This document shows positions 52,775 to 63,157 of a DNA stretch of 64,000 nucleotides, in pieces; positions within the stretch are counted from its first letter, which is position 1, and the number at the start of each line of letters is the position of its first letter. Both the position numbers and the translations under genes were made by a program. The notes beneath the pieces are model-generated. The model had not been told where the DNA came from, searched no databases, and saw nothing but the letters and a program-made list of their open reading frames with translations. Source of the stretch: a virus (lineage: Duplodnaviria > Caudoviricetes); IMG/VR virus record IMGVR_UViG_3300047160_000603, positions 5,126 to 69,125 of that record, one strand, 5' to 3'.

Positions 52775-53239
52775 ATGTCAGAAGCAAATAAGACCCCGAT
52801 GGTCTACGACGACCTTGAACCCGTCGTTGTACCCGTGACCATCAAAGGGCAGAAGTACAACCTCCGGGAAGCGTTGGAAGACGCTGCCGTGAAGATCAAC
52901 AACGCGCGGGCTGGTGCGGCACGTTTCACGGGTGGTGAGCTGAATCGTGTACACGGTGTGGGCGAACTGCAACCACTCGCAGTGAGTCTGTGCCTGTTCA
53001 AGGTTGACGCCAATGGTGGCGAGACTGCTGTGAGTGTCGAGACCGTTAAGCGCTGGCCGACGCGTATCGTCAAGGACCTGTACGATCGACTCATTTCTAT
53101 TAGCGGCATGGACGAGAAGAAGACGGTCGAGCAGATCGACAAGGAAATTGCACGCCTCAACCGGATGCGGGTCGAAGTGGCTGGTGGTGATACAGACCCA
53201 AAAGAAGTGGACGCGGATACGCTCGTCACTTCCGCCTAG
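52775..53239 (+). CDS. Tail assembly chaperone
   Basis: Between the tail tube and tape measure genes; slippery site near the 3' end. Confidence 0.75.
   Translation: MSEANKTPMVYDDLEPVVVPVTIKGQKYNLREALEDAAVKINNARAGAARFTGGELNRVHGVGELQPLAVSLCLFKVDANGGETAVSVETVKRWPTRIVKDLYDRLISISGMDEKKTVEQIDKEIARLNRMRVEVAGGDTDPKEVDADTLVTSA
53197..53203 (+). promoter_or_regulatory. -1 ribosomal frameshift heptamer C CCA AAA
   Basis: X XXY YYZ in the correct frame; the -1 frame is open into ORF 53272-53643. Confidence 0.75.
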
Positions 53240-53643
53240 CGGAAAAGTCGGGCAGACTCTTACACGATGTCATGGGATGGCGTGGTCCCATGACTCACCG
53301 GCAGTTCCTCGCATGGTTGGAATGGGAGCAAGAGGATCTTAGTACACCGGGTAAGATCGAATACTACTTGGCTCAGGCAGCCTGCGAGGTGCGCCGCGTC
53401 CTTGCCAGTAAGCCGGATAGCGTGAAGGTTGGGGATTTCGTACTCAAGTTCATCGATACCAGTAAACCACTCGACGGTGACGACCAGAAAAATGCCACTG
53501 CAATGACGCAGGCAGTCTGGAAGAGCCGCATGACGCTACCAGTCACCATCGTTAAGCCTGAGGAAGTGAAGTGGGTCTACCCGCCCAACTATAAACCACC
53601 CACTAAATTCCCAACATCAGCACCAAACCCAGCCGGTGAGTGA
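53197..53643 (+). CDS. -1 frame extension of the tail assembly chaperone (gpGT-like)
   Basis: Reads PKRSGRGYARHFRLAEKSGRLLHDVMGWRGPMTHRQF... Confidence 0.7.
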   Translation, partial: PKRSGRGYARHFRLAEKSGRLLHDVMGWRGPMTHRQFLAWLEWEQEDLSTPGKIEYYLAQAACEVRRVLASKPDSVKVGDFVLKFIDTSKPLDGDDQKNATAMTQAVWKSRMTLPVTIVKPEEVKWVYPPNYKPPTKFPTSAPNPAGE

Positions 53644-56327
53644 TGGCCGTAAGTGCAGAAGTCGAAGCACTGATTGTAAGGTTCATCGGGGATAACTCCG
53701 AGTACATCAAGCTTCTTCAATCGTCGCTGACAGCCACGCAACAGGCTGTCACGGCGATCGAGAAGGAGACGAACCGGCTCGCACGTCAAGCCCAACAATT
53801 CGCCAATGATCAAACACAAGCAGTCACCAAGATGGCAAGTACTGCCGTCCAATCTACTAGTAGTTGGGCAACACTCACCGATCAGGTACGTGTCTACACA
53901 ACTGCTGTACTTGCAGCAGTAGGCGTGACAGGGCTATTCGGCACAGTGGTAAAGACCATCCAACTTGCGGCAGAAGCAGAGAGCATAGAGATTGCGTTCC
54001 GTAGCATCATTGGTGATGCACAGCTAGCGGATAAGACGCTTAAGGAGCTGCGCAAGTTCGCGGACTGGTCCCCCTTTAGCACCCGAGACGTGTTGGAGGC
54101 AGGTAAGCTCATGCTCGCGATGGGCGGCGACGCTAAGAACCTTGTTCATGATATGGAGATGATCGGAGATGTTGCCAGTGCGTTGAAGATACCACTCAAG
54201 GATTTGTCTTACTTGTATGACAAGCTACGCGCACAGGGTCGAGCATATGCCATTGACATCCATCAGATTGCACGTCACGGCGTACCGATTAACAAGTATC
54301 TAAACGAGATCCTCGGTACCACAGACCAGACGCTACGGAAGGCCATCGAATCTGGGGCTGTGACGTTTGCACACGTTGAGCAAGCCTTTAAGAATATGAC
54401 TAAGGAGGGTGGGCGGTTCTATAAGGCTATGGAAGAGCAGAGCAAGACACTGTATGGGCTATATGAACAATTTCGGTCTGAGGTGGAGAATGTCCTTACG
54501 GAGATTGGCCGTCAGATCGTAGCTAACCTGGACCTTAAGTGGTTGACGGCACAAGCCTCCGCATTCACTACCGAGCTGAAGGTTTGGGTCCGTGAGCTAG
54601 ATCCATTCATCAAGAAGTTTATCCTGTTCACTGCGGTGTCACTAGGTGCACTGGCAGCAGTGCGGATCTTCATACTGGGCATTGGTATTGCCATCAGTAT
54701 CATCAGTACGGCATTGACACCATTAAACGTCACACTAGCTGCACTAGCTGTGGGTGTGGCGTACTTAGCTGCACGTGCAGGCGGACTACAGCAATTTGTG
54801 GGGTGGCTACAGAAGGTCTACGAGACCATCGAGTATGGTGCACGTGCGAACGATGTACTGGGCAGGCTGGCGCGTGCCTTTGATGATTGTGTGGTGGCAA
54901 TTACAGAGTTCATTAAGGCCAATGAATACAACATCGTAATAATCACCACACTCACGATCACGGTAGTGGCGGCCATTGCGGTATGGAAGCTACTGGTGGC
55001 GGTCTACACGGTGTTAGGTGTGCGACAGATTCTGGTAACGACTGCTACCATCACTTGGAACGCTGTACTACTCACAGCGACGGTTATTAGTAAGCTCTAC
55101 GCTGCATCGCTGTTCGTCGTTAACACTGTCATAGCCGTTTTCACCACCCTATCGTCAATAAGTGCCACAGCGAGCATCGTGTGGGCTGTGGCGATCGGTG
55201 TGGCAAAGGTAGCTGTGTGGCTATTCAACGCTGCACTGTCGGTGATGCTAACGCTACTGGCACCCGCCACCATACTCACAGCCGCGGTAGCAATCACTGC
55301 GCTAGTGGTAGTGGTTGGATTGGTAAGCAGTGCCGCGATTGCAGCCTACGCCAGTGGTAAAGCACTATACGAGATGTTAAAGACCATCTCTACCACGACC
55401 GGTCCCATCGCACACATTGGTGAACTATTCCGGGAATGGTGGTCAATACTCAAGGACGTATTCGACTTAATGGAGACCAACGGCGAGGCAGCTTGGAAGC
55501 TACTGGCAGCAGGGTTGAAGCTTGCCATCGCCGAGATCCGCGAATTGTGGCCTCCGCTATGGAAGTTCATTAAGGAAGGGTTTGATACGTTGGGGCTATA
55601 CGTTGCCATCGTGTTTAAGACGCGGTTCCAAGTGGCACTTCACAGCTTCGTACTCGACAGTGGTGAAGTGTTGGACGTCTTAGGTGTGTTCACAGAGGAA
55701 CGTAAGAAGAACATTAAGAAGGTGGCCGAGGACTCTAAAGTGATCCTGGAAGAAGCATCTAAGCTCACGGCACGGCAGCTAGAACTTAAAGCCGGTATGT
55801 TCAAGGTTGAAGAAGGTGAAGACACCAAGAAAGCACGCGAGGAGTTCGAGAAGTTACGCAGTGAGCTAAAAGCCAACCAGATCGAGGACATCCTGGAGAA
55901 GGCTGTTACTGCGGGCGTTACGATCCCGGCGGATCGCATAAAGCGTGACTCAGATAGCGTAGTAGGCAGTTTCGACAACATGACTAAGCACGTTCACAAG
56001 TTTGATGCAGCGTTGTATGACAGTGCTGAAGCATTTGCCAGAATGCAGGAGTACATAGATCGCCTCGGTGACCAGCGTAAGCTCAACTTCCCCAATGTGG
56101 CACCAGCACCACACGAGCGGTTCGGCGAAGTCGAGAACCTATTCCCGCTACCGGGTGGTGAACCTGGTCGTGAGCGTAATGATCGTCTGAACCCACAGCA
56201 ACAGGTACCTCTACAGAACGACCGCGACCGTGAGGCAATCATCACGTTACTCACGCGGATTGCCAACGCATCCGAAGCACAGGAAAGTAACCAAGCAGTC
56301 ATCCTCAAGACCGCAACGATTGGGTGA
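53643..56327 (+). CDS. Tape measure protein
   Basis: FA..SPFST.DV, ARHGVPI, G.VTF.HVEQAF..MT.EGG.FY..M..QS.TL; hydrophobic middle region. Confidence 0.9.
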   Translation: MAVSAEVEALIVRFIGDNSEYIKLLQSSLTATQQAVTAIEKETNRLARQAQQFANDQTQAVTKMASTAVQSTSSWATLTDQVRVYTTAVLAAVGVTGLFGTVVKTIQLAAEAESIEIAFRSIIGDAQLADKTLKELRKFADWSPFSTRDVLEAGKLMLAMGGDAKNLVHDMEMIGDVASALKIPLKDLSYLYDKLRAQGRAYAIDIHQIARHGVPINKYLNEILGTTDQTLRKAIESGAVTFAHVEQAFKNMTKEGGRFYKAMEEQSKTLYGLYEQFRSEVENVLTEIGRQIVANLDLKWLTAQASAFTTELKVWVRELDPFIKKFILFTAVSLGALAAVRIFILGIGIAISIISTALTPLNVTLAALAVGVAYLAARAGGLQQFVGWLQKVYETIEYGARANDVLGRLARAFDDCVVAITEFIKANEYNIVIITTLTITVVAAIAVWKLLVAVYTVLGVRQILVTTATITWNAVLLTATVISKLYAASLFVVNTVIAVFTTLSSISATASIVWAVAIGVAKVAVWLFNAALSVMLTLLAPATILTAAVAITALVVVVGLVSSAAIAAYASGKALYEMLKTISTTTGPIAHIGELFREWWSILKDVFDLMETNGEAAWKLLAAGLKLAIAEIRELWPPLWKFIKEGFDTLGLYVAIVFKTRFQVALHSFVLDSGEVLDVLGVFTEERKKNIKKVAEDSKVILEEASKLTARQLELKAGMFKVEEGEDTKKAREEFEKLRSELKANQIEDILEKAVTAGVTIPADRIKRDSDSVVGSFDNMTKHVHKFDAALYDSAEAFARMQEYIDRLGDQRKLNFPNVAPAPHERFGEVENLFPLPGGEPGRERNDRLNPQQQVPLQNDRDREAIITLLTRIANASEAQESNQAVILKTATIG

Positions 56328-56330
56328 TTA

Positions 56331-57542
56331 ATGGCAGGCAGTGGGACATTTACATCGGGCTGTATTAACCCGCGGATTGTCACTAATGGTGGTCCGCGGT
56401 CGTGGCGTCTCGAACGTGATGTCAACGGTTATCGAGACTACGTGATCAAGTTCCGTGTGAAGGTAGACACTACGCAGGGACCACATTGCGCGCTATACCA
56501 GACACCCGGCTTACCTCTGCCTGGTAGCTCATGGGCCTTTGACCAAGATAGCGACCAGTGGGCTTACTGCACGCAGGAAGCGAAGGTTGAACCAGTCGTT
56601 AAGGAAGGTCTGCCGAATACTGACTTTGACATCGAACAACGGTTCAGCACCAAGCCAGCCATCCTCTGTCAGGATGATACGGGTGGCTTCGATGACCCAC
56701 TGCTACGCGCGGATATTATCAGCGGTAAGTTTGTCAAGTACACCGAGGAGTATGTCGAGGATCGGTTTGGCAATAAGATCATTAACAGTGCCTATGAACA
56801 GTTCCGTGGACCACAGGTTGAGTTTGATCGTAACCGTATCCAAGTACGTGTCAAGCAGAACGTGGCACTACTCGACCTACCCACACTGGCAGGGTTAATT
56901 GACTGCGTCAATGAGTTCCCCATGTGGGGATTTGATGAACGTACCGTCAAGTTCAGCGGGGCAGAGTGGGAGAAGCATTACCACACAGACTGTACAGTCT
57001 ACTACACTCGCATCCTGGAATTTGATATCAACACCAAAACGTTCGACCGGGATCTACTAGACGAAGGAACGAAAGCGCTACCCGGTCACTGGGATAACTC
57101 GACCGGCACCTACGTGATTGACTTAGCCGCAGCCGTGACCTACCAGGCCGATCGCACTACTGGGTTCAACGTGATCACTGTAAGTGGTGGAGGTGGCACG
57201 AAGATCGCCGTCGGTCAGATCGTGCAAGGTGTGGGTATTCCCACAGGTACCACGGTCCTTAGTGTGTCACTTCCCAACGTGGCGCTTAGTAATGACGCGA
57301 CCAGTAGCGGTACAGACCCAGTGCGGTTCGGTGTAACTGCTGACCCAAATAATCCGCAGCACTTCGTACGCTTCAAGGACCGCAATAGTGAAAACACCCG
57401 CGTGATCCTCAACGGTCATGGGAAACCCTGGGACCCGGCTGGAGCCACTACGGGAACAGATGATGACGTTGCAGGTAAGATCCACGTAGAGGCTTACCCA
57501 AGCGTTGACTTCAGCACACTTGGACTTCCTGGTTCTCTGTAA
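56331..57542 (+). CDS. Minor tail protein (distal tail/hub-like)
   Basis: Position after TMP. Confidence 0.5.
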   Translation: MAGSGTFTSGCINPRIVTNGGPRSWRLERDVNGYRDYVIKFRVKVDTTQGPHCALYQTPGLPLPGSSWAFDQDSDQWAYCTQEAKVEPVVKEGLPNTDFDIEQRFSTKPAILCQDDTGGFDDPLLRADIISGKFVKYTEEYVEDRFGNKIINSAYEQFRGPQVEFDRNRIQVRVKQNVALLDLPTLAGLIDCVNEFPMWGFDERTVKFSGAEWEKHYHTDCTVYYTRILEFDINTKTFDRDLLDEGTKALPGHWDNSTGTYVIDLAAAVTYQADRTTGFNVITVSGGGGTKIAVGQIVQGVGIPTGTTVLSVSLPNVALSNDATSSGTDPVRFGVTADPNNPQHFVRFKDRNSENTRVILNGHGKPWDPAGATTGTDDDVAGKIHVEAYPSVDFSTLGLPGSL

Positions 57543-57570
57543 GATACAAACCCGCAGCAAGGAGAACGTT

Positions 57571-58161
57571 ATGACAGACGATATGATCCCGGATACTGGG
57601 CGGATCAGTGGAAACGCTGGTCGCCGTATTACGCAGATAGGTGGTCCAGCCATCACAGAGCCACGCAGTAAGAGCCGTATCACCGTCACTGAGACCACCA
57701 CGTACAACGTTCGAGGTGCACAGCCGGTTGTGGTACAGACCAAGTTCGGTCGTGGTCAGGAGACAGAAGAGCAGGCGTATCAACGTCGTATCAAGGTAGA
57801 CGAGCAGTGGGTGAAGTTCGAATACGATCGTAGTTGGATTACCACGGTGGGGATGTGTATCATCTCCAATGAAGAAGGCAAGTACCAACAGCGTATACCC
57901 ACACGCGAACAGATTGCAGACATCCAGGCACGTGTGGTGGAGATCTATCTGGAGCCACTCGCTACCGGACTACCTATTGCCTCCAAGGACCTCACACAGT
58001 TCGACCCACCAGAACCGCAGATGATCATGCTAGCCCCATTTGCGGCTCTCCTACTTCCTCCAGGAGAACAGCAACGGTACACTCTCGGACCGAACGTGGC
58101 ACTGTGGTTACGTTGCCAGCACGCAGATGCGAAGTTAATCGTTACCTTCCTACCGGGCTAA
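57571..58161 (+). CDS. Hypothetical tail-region protein
   Basis: RBS AAGGAG. Confidence 0.55.
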   Translation: MTDDMIPDTGRISGNAGRRITQIGGPAITEPRSKSRITVTETTTYNVRGAQPVVVQTKFGRGQETEEQAYQRRIKVDEQWVKFEYDRSWITTVGMCIISNEEGKYQQRIPTREQIADIQARVVEIYLEPLATGLPIASKDLTQFDPPEPQMIMLAPFAALLLPPGEQQRYTLGPNVALWLRCQHADAKLIVTFLPG

Positions 58162-58162
58162 T

Positions 58163-59974
58163 ATGAACGACGCGATCACACCTACCGGCGAAGGCTATGT
58201 CCTCAGCAGGAATGCCGTGGACCAGATCAAGTCATTAATTAATGACCAGATCTCTCATCGCATTAACACAGTTAGCCGTGCTGGGGATCAGACCTTCGAG
58301 CATAATGAGTCAATGGCACCTGAGGTCTACGTGGCTCAGGCACCAGTGAATGGTATCCCCGCGCTAATCAAGGCGTGTGGTACTGCGGCAGGGAGTGGTA
58401 GCTGTTTTGAAGATCCGTTCGATAGTCCGGATATGCCCGGTTATGGCGACTGCATCATCTACCGCGTGATGCCAGACTCGGAGGCCAATAACACGAGCGG
58501 TCCTGGTCTTATCCAGGTGAACATCTTCCCGAAGCGTGTCTACAACATTAGTAGCGAGGACATCCCCGGTCGGTCGTGGCTGGTAGCAGTGCGGGAGAAG
58601 AGTGGTAACTATATTGCCATCGGGTTCAGCACAAATAGTAACAGTAGCGGTACCACAGACGTCAAGGTAGCTTGCCATCTGTTCCTAGACGGGGAACACC
58701 AGATCAATGTGGATACAGCCAGCCTCGTAGACCCAACATCCGGGCTGTTGGTTGACTTTAGTAGTGGTGAGTGTGGTGTTATCAAGATCAAGTTGGGCTG
58801 TGCCCTTATCTTCGATAGTGATGGTGCCATCAAGCTAGACAGGACACAGGTCATTGGGGCTGGACTTACTGTCGGTACGGGTAGCTGCGACATTGCGGTG
58901 AAGACAGGCTGCCACCTGATCATCGATAGTACTAATGCAGTAGACCTGGATGTGACGACACTACTGGGTAAGGGACTAAAGCTACATCCAGGTTCCTGTA
59001 ATAGCATTGATGTGGATGTGATTGGCATCGGCACAGCCATCTACAACATCATTATCCAGCCGGGCGTCACCATCAATAACGGTTTGACGGTAGTCAATAA
59101 CTACCTTGCCGTTGCCACTGGCTGCGGACTATTCATTGATGGTGCCGGTAACGTCGCATTGGACTTAACTGGCGTGGTGGGTAACGGTCTCGAGTGGGAT
59201 CAAGCGCACTGTCAGTTAACAGTGGACGTGGGCTGTGGTCTATTCCTTGGTGTGGGTATCGAGGTGGACTTCTTTGCATTGGCTGGCATCCGTGCCGCAA
59301 GTGCCCTGCTAGTGCGTGCAGATGCAGCCTGCGACAGCCTTGGTGTGGACCTAATTCCAGACCCCCTACAGACCACTACCGAGATTAGTGACCGTATCAC
59401 TGGTATACACGTAGTCAATGGTGTACTGCAGATCTCCGTGATACGTACTACATACACTAACTATTTTGACCTCGCTGGCTTGCACATCAACCGCACTGCC
59501 AGTCTGCCACTGAGTACGTTCTACGAAGCTAGCATCTGCAACCTGGATTGTGGTACAGGTAGCCACGGTACCGGCAGCGCTGGGCAGGCGTGGTACTGTC
59601 TCACATATACCGGATACGTCAATCCTATCTGTGAGTTCCTTACCGTTGTTGAATTTGACAATGTAATCAATAGTGGGAACGCAGTCTACCAGAGTGGACC
59701 ACATCAGGTATGGAATGACTGCATGATGAGTTGTGGTACCGGCACCAACACGGCTGCCTACTATTGCTTGATGTCACCAGATTACTCGAAGACTGAATGC
59801 TTCTACCTAACACTGGTAGAACTAGCGGAGGCACAGGCACTCGGCTACACGGTACAGAACGGGCCATTCACTACAGAACTAAGTTGTAATCTGCTCTGCA
59901 TCGGCACAGGTACTGGGACCGGTACCAATACGACGCAGTATTGGTACTGCGTCCTCCCACCAGCAATCTCGTAG
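58163..59974 (+). CDS. Tail fibre/spike-like protein with Gly-Cys beta repeats and Cys-rich C-terminal modules
   Basis: Repeated V..GCGL/H motifs; C-terminal [WY]YC...C..LT...GP...C...CGTG modules. Confidence 0.55.
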   Translation: MNDAITPTGEGYVLSRNAVDQIKSLINDQISHRINTVSRAGDQTFEHNESMAPEVYVAQAPVNGIPALIKACGTAAGSGSCFEDPFDSPDMPGYGDCIIYRVMPDSEANNTSGPGLIQVNIFPKRVYNISSEDIPGRSWLVAVREKSGNYIAIGFSTNSNSSGTTDVKVACHLFLDGEHQINVDTASLVDPTSGLLVDFSSGECGVIKIKLGCALIFDSDGAIKLDRTQVIGAGLTVGTGSCDIAVKTGCHLIIDSTNAVDLDVTTLLGKGLKLHPGSCNSIDVDVIGIGTAIYNIIIQPGVTINNGLTVVNNYLAVATGCGLFIDGAGNVALDLTGVVGNGLEWDQAHCQLTVDVGCGLFLGVGIEVDFFALAGIRAASALLVRADAACDSLGVDLIPDPLQTTTEISDRITGIHVVNGVLQISVIRTTYTNYFDLAGLHINRTASLPLSTFYEASICNLDCGTGSHGTGSAGQAWYCLTYTGYVNPICEFLTVVEFDNVINSGNAVYQSGPHQVWNDCMMSCGTGTNTAAYYCLMSPDYSKTECFYLTLVELAEAQALGYTVQNGPFTTELSCNLLCIGTGTGTGTNTTQYWYCVLPPAIS

Positions 59975-59981
59975 GTGATGT

Positions 59982-60704
59982 ATGTCGCAGCGTTGTGAGT
60001 TCATTACTGCAGATCAGGCTGCTTTGCTGATGGCACTTGGCTACACCATCCTTGGTGGTCCATACACCGACGAGGGTACTTGCTTCAGTGCTTGTCCAGG
60101 TACAGGTACACATGGAACTGGGAGTGGTGGGGGTGATCCGTGCCTTGCATTCAAGTCAGGGACTGGTACTAGTGACGTACAGCTACCAGTTAATACAAAT
60201 GCGTCTGGACACTTACTACTCTGGACCTACGGTACTAGTGCGACTGCTCCGAGTGGTTGGACATCGGTTCAAGGACTTGCTGATGGTAGTGATAATACCT
60301 TCACCCTATTCGTTAGGACCGGCAATGGTGCAACGAGTATCCCCAGCTACAACGGGAACGGATGTTGGATTACTGCTTACATTCAAGGTAACTGTGAAGC
60401 CACTAATGATTCAACACAGACGGGGTTCACCACCGGAACAACGCTCAGTACAACATCGCAGAGTTTGGCCGGACCAACCGATCTCGTATTCTGGGGAGCG
60501 TCGTGTGCAGTTGGTAAGAGTGTATCAAACCCAACTGGATTTGTAGACAGTGGTGTTGGACAGGTTGCCTACGCCACCACTGGACTTGCAATACAGGTCT
60601 ACTGGAAGAGGTATACCGGTTCAGGTTCTACCGGTACACTCTCAGCAACTGTTACATCCGGGAACCCGATTGCACTTGCAATTAGCCATGCAGAGCACTC
60701 GTAG
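59982..60704 (+). CDS. Gly/Thr/Ser-rich tail-associated protein
   Basis: Begins with the second half of the Cys module seen in the upstream gene. Confidence 0.55.
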   Translation: MSQRCEFITADQAALLMALGYTILGGPYTDEGTCFSACPGTGTHGTGSGGGDPCLAFKSGTGTSDVQLPVNTNASGHLLLWTYGTSATAPSGWTSVQGLADGSDNTFTLFVRTGNGATSIPSYNGNGCWITAYIQGNCEATNDSTQTGFTTGTTLSTTSQSLAGPTDLVFWGASCAVGKSVSNPTGFVDSGVGQVAYATTGLAIQVYWKRYTGSGSTGTLSATVTSGNPIALAISHAEHS

Positions 60705-60962
60705 TCACTCCGGTAGGGCAGCATGGTACTTGTAGTTGATGGTGACATCAAACCAGACGTCGAGGTGGCGGTACTCCCAGCACAGGTCGATCATCTCATC
60801 ACGCTGCAGATGACGATCACCGCTGGCAGCCCGCTCACCCATAATCTCGGATACGCGGACCAGGATGGTACGGGCACGCTGCTCCTCGGTGTACTGGTGG
60901 TAGCCGACCACAGTGGTAGCAACGGCAGCCGCAAAGGTCAACCAGAAGAACATTCGTAACAC
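60705..60962 (-). CDS. Small single-TM protein on the opposite strand
   Basis: Fills the gap exactly; N-terminal hydrophobic helix. Confidence 0.45.
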   Translation of the reverse strand: MLRMFFWLTFAAAVATTVVGYHQYTEEQRARTILVRVSEIMGERAASGDRHLQRDEMIDLCWEYRHLDVWFDVTINYKYHAALPE

Positions 60963-61030
60963 GGTAGTCTCCAGTGAAGGTTCGGGCGATAGCTTTGCAG
61001 CATAAGCACAAGAGATAGGCGCGGTGTTGT

Positions 61031-61852
61031 GTGCAGCCTGTAAAAACCATCGAAGATATCCGGCAGAGGTCTGTAGAGATGCGTCGAGTACAACCGGTAG
61101 AATGGGCTTATGGCGTTACCACATGCGTACAGCGACGCGCTACAACTCTACCTACAACACTACGGAGCCTCGTGCGTGCTGGCTTCGACTTTCCACATCT
61201 GTTCATAGATGGTACTGCTGACGGTGCTAGTTGGTCGCGGGAGTTTGGACTAGAGGTGACCGCACGTGGTGGTAACAATGTCAAGGCGTATGGGCACTGG
61301 GTGCTGTCACTAGCCGAGCTCTACATACGTAAGCCCACTGCCACGCACTACGCCGTCTTCCAAGACGACTTCCTAACGTACTCCAATCTACGGCAGTACC
61401 TGGAACGTGCATTATTCCCACAGAAGGCTTACCTGAACCTCTACACGTTCCCTAGTAACACACCAGCCGCATTGCGTACAGCCAAGCTAGAAGCCCCACA
61501 GGACGGCTACAGAGGCTTCTACCGAGCAAACCAGCGAGGGAAAGGTGCCGTAGCACTAATCTTCCGCCGCGATGCTGTGGTGAAGCTTTTAACGCAACAG
61601 GGCATCGTAGAACGCCCGATGGCTGCCAGTGGTCGCGGTACCAAAAACCTGGATGGTGCTGTGGTCACCGCCATGCAGAAAATTGACCCAGTACGAACAC
61701 CACTGGGGGAAGTGGGCTGGGAAGAATATGTACACTATCCAACACTGACACTACACATCGGGATGCAGAGCAGTATTGGTAATCGCCCTCATGAGCAGGG
61801 TGTGGGCTTTCTGGGGGAAGAGTATGACGCCTTACAGTTCTTAAAGGGGTGA
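61031..61852 (+). CDS. GT-A-fold glycosyltransferase-like protein
   Basis: AYGVTT..RR...L..TL.SL..AGF, YAVFQDD acidic motif, late HIG..SSIG. Confidence 0.6.
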   Translation: MQPVKTIEDIRQRSVEMRRVQPVEWAYGVTTCVQRRATTLPTTLRSLVRAGFDFPHLFIDGTADGASWSREFGLEVTARGGNNVKAYGHWVLSLAELYIRKPTATHYAVFQDDFLTYSNLRQYLERALFPQKAYLNLYTFPSNTPAALRTAKLEAPQDGYRGFYRANQRGKGAVALIFRRDAVVKLLTQQGIVERPMAASGRGTKNLDGAVVTAMQKIDPVRTPLGEVGWEEYVHYPTLTLHIGMQSSIGNRPHEQGVGFLGEEYDALQFLKG

Positions 61853-61855
61853 CAC

Positions 61856-62125
61856 ATGGCAGGGCTTGGAGATGCAGTCGAGCGAGCATTGAAGAAAGTG
61901 GGTATTACCGAAGAGAAGGTTAGCAAGTTCCTCGGTAGACCATGCGGGTGTCGTGCACGTAGGGACAGGCTTAACAGTCTCAGCAGTTGGGCGATGCGCA
62001 CACTTGGTATGAACCGCACCGATGAGGATAGCCTGAAGGACTTGGTAGAGGTGGTGGGTGATCCGACCGTGGTGGAAGAGCTTAAGCCTCCGCAGGACCA
62101 ACCTTCTCTTCCGAATCAGCCCTAA
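61856..62125 (+). CDS. Small protein with CGC..RR..LN motif
   Basis: GLGDAVE...GRPCGCRARRDRLN. Confidence 0.65.
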   Translation: MAGLGDAVERALKKVGITEEKVSKFLGRPCGCRARRDRLNSLSSWAMRTLGMNRTDEDSLKDLVEVVGDPTVVEELKPPQDQPSLPNQP

Positions 62126-62222
62126 TACTACTACTACTACTACTACTACAACTACACTACTTCATCCCACTTGTCGTGTTACGACAAGTATACTGGAAGA
62201 TTGTGTTGTTGTGTTGTTGTGT
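62123..62222 (+). repeat. Composite element copy 2: (TAC)8, TTCATC, 9-bp palindrome with GTT loop, TATACT, T/G-rich tract
   Basis: ACTTGTCGT-GTT-ACGACAAGT at 62169-62189. Confidence 0.8.
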
Positions 62223-62306
62223 CTTGCCTGCGCTACCCTTTTACCGACCCACATATTTTCCACCCCTGAGGCTATACTAATCTAACCTTCATTGAGGATC
62301 CCCGCC

Positions 62307-63128
62307 ATGCCGAAGCTGACAGTGAATGATGAGCCGCTAAGAATCGGCGTAATTGGTAACGGTGTCGTTGGTAACGCTACTGCTCGCACATGGATGGAGT
62401 GGGCGGACGTTACCATTCATGATAGAGACCCACACCTCACAGTTAACCGGTTGGACGTAGTACTCAAGTCTCATGTCGTGTTCCTCTGTCTACCCACACC
62501 TCGGGTAGCCAACAGCTTTGAACTGGACACTACCTACGTGGATGATGTGTGTGGTAATCTTGCCAGCATAGCTCCACAAGGTACTTATGCTATACGTAGC
62601 ACGGTCCCACCTGGGACCACGGCGATGCTGCGTACCAAGTACCAGTTGAACAACCTTGTCCATAACCCTGAGTTCCTGACGGCGCGCTGCTCCGTAGTGG
62701 ACGCACAGTGCCCCACCCGCAACATCATCGGTGGGGAGATCATTACTGGTACCTGCCTCGCTACCCTGTACGCCAAACGCTTCCCCGGTGTGCCTGTACT
62801 ACGTATGTCGAGTACGAGTAGCGAGTTGGTCAAGCTCGGCCAGAACGCCTTCTTTGCGACGAAGGTTGCGTTCTTTAACGAACTCCGAACACTGGTGGAT
62901 GCCAGTGGTGCGAAGTGGGACGACGTGTTAGCAGGGGTGATGAGTGATGGTCGCATTACCCATGCACACACGCAGGTACCCGGTCCTGACGGTCAGTATG
63001 GATTTGGCGGTGAGTGCCTGCCAAAGGATTTGGCTGGCCTCGTACACAGCCTCAAGCAGCACAAGCTGCCGTGTGTAGTGACACATGGTGCAATCCTACG
63101 AAACGAGCACGATCGTAAGCGTCGGTGA
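62307..63128 (+). CDS. ugd: UDP-glucose/GDP-mannose dehydrogenase family protein lacking the C-terminal domain
   Basis: IGVIGNGVVG, LCLPTP, IRSTVPPGT, NPEFL, ELVK...N.F.A.KVAF.NE, GFGGECLPKD. Confidence 0.85.
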   Translation: MPKLTVNDEPLRIGVIGNGVVGNATARTWMEWADVTIHDRDPHLTVNRLDVVLKSHVVFLCLPTPRVANSFELDTTYVDDVCGNLASIAPQGTYAIRSTVPPGTTAMLRTKYQLNNLVHNPEFLTARCSVVDAQCPTRNIIGGEIITGTCLATLYAKRFPGVPVLRMSSTSSELVKLGQNAFFATKVAFFNELRTLVDASGAKWDDVLAGVMSDGRITHAHTQVPGPDGQYGFGGECLPKDLAGLVHSLKQHKLPCVVTHGAILRNEHDRKRR

Positions 63129-63157
63129 TCCCTCCTCTTTCTTCCAGAGAACCAAAC

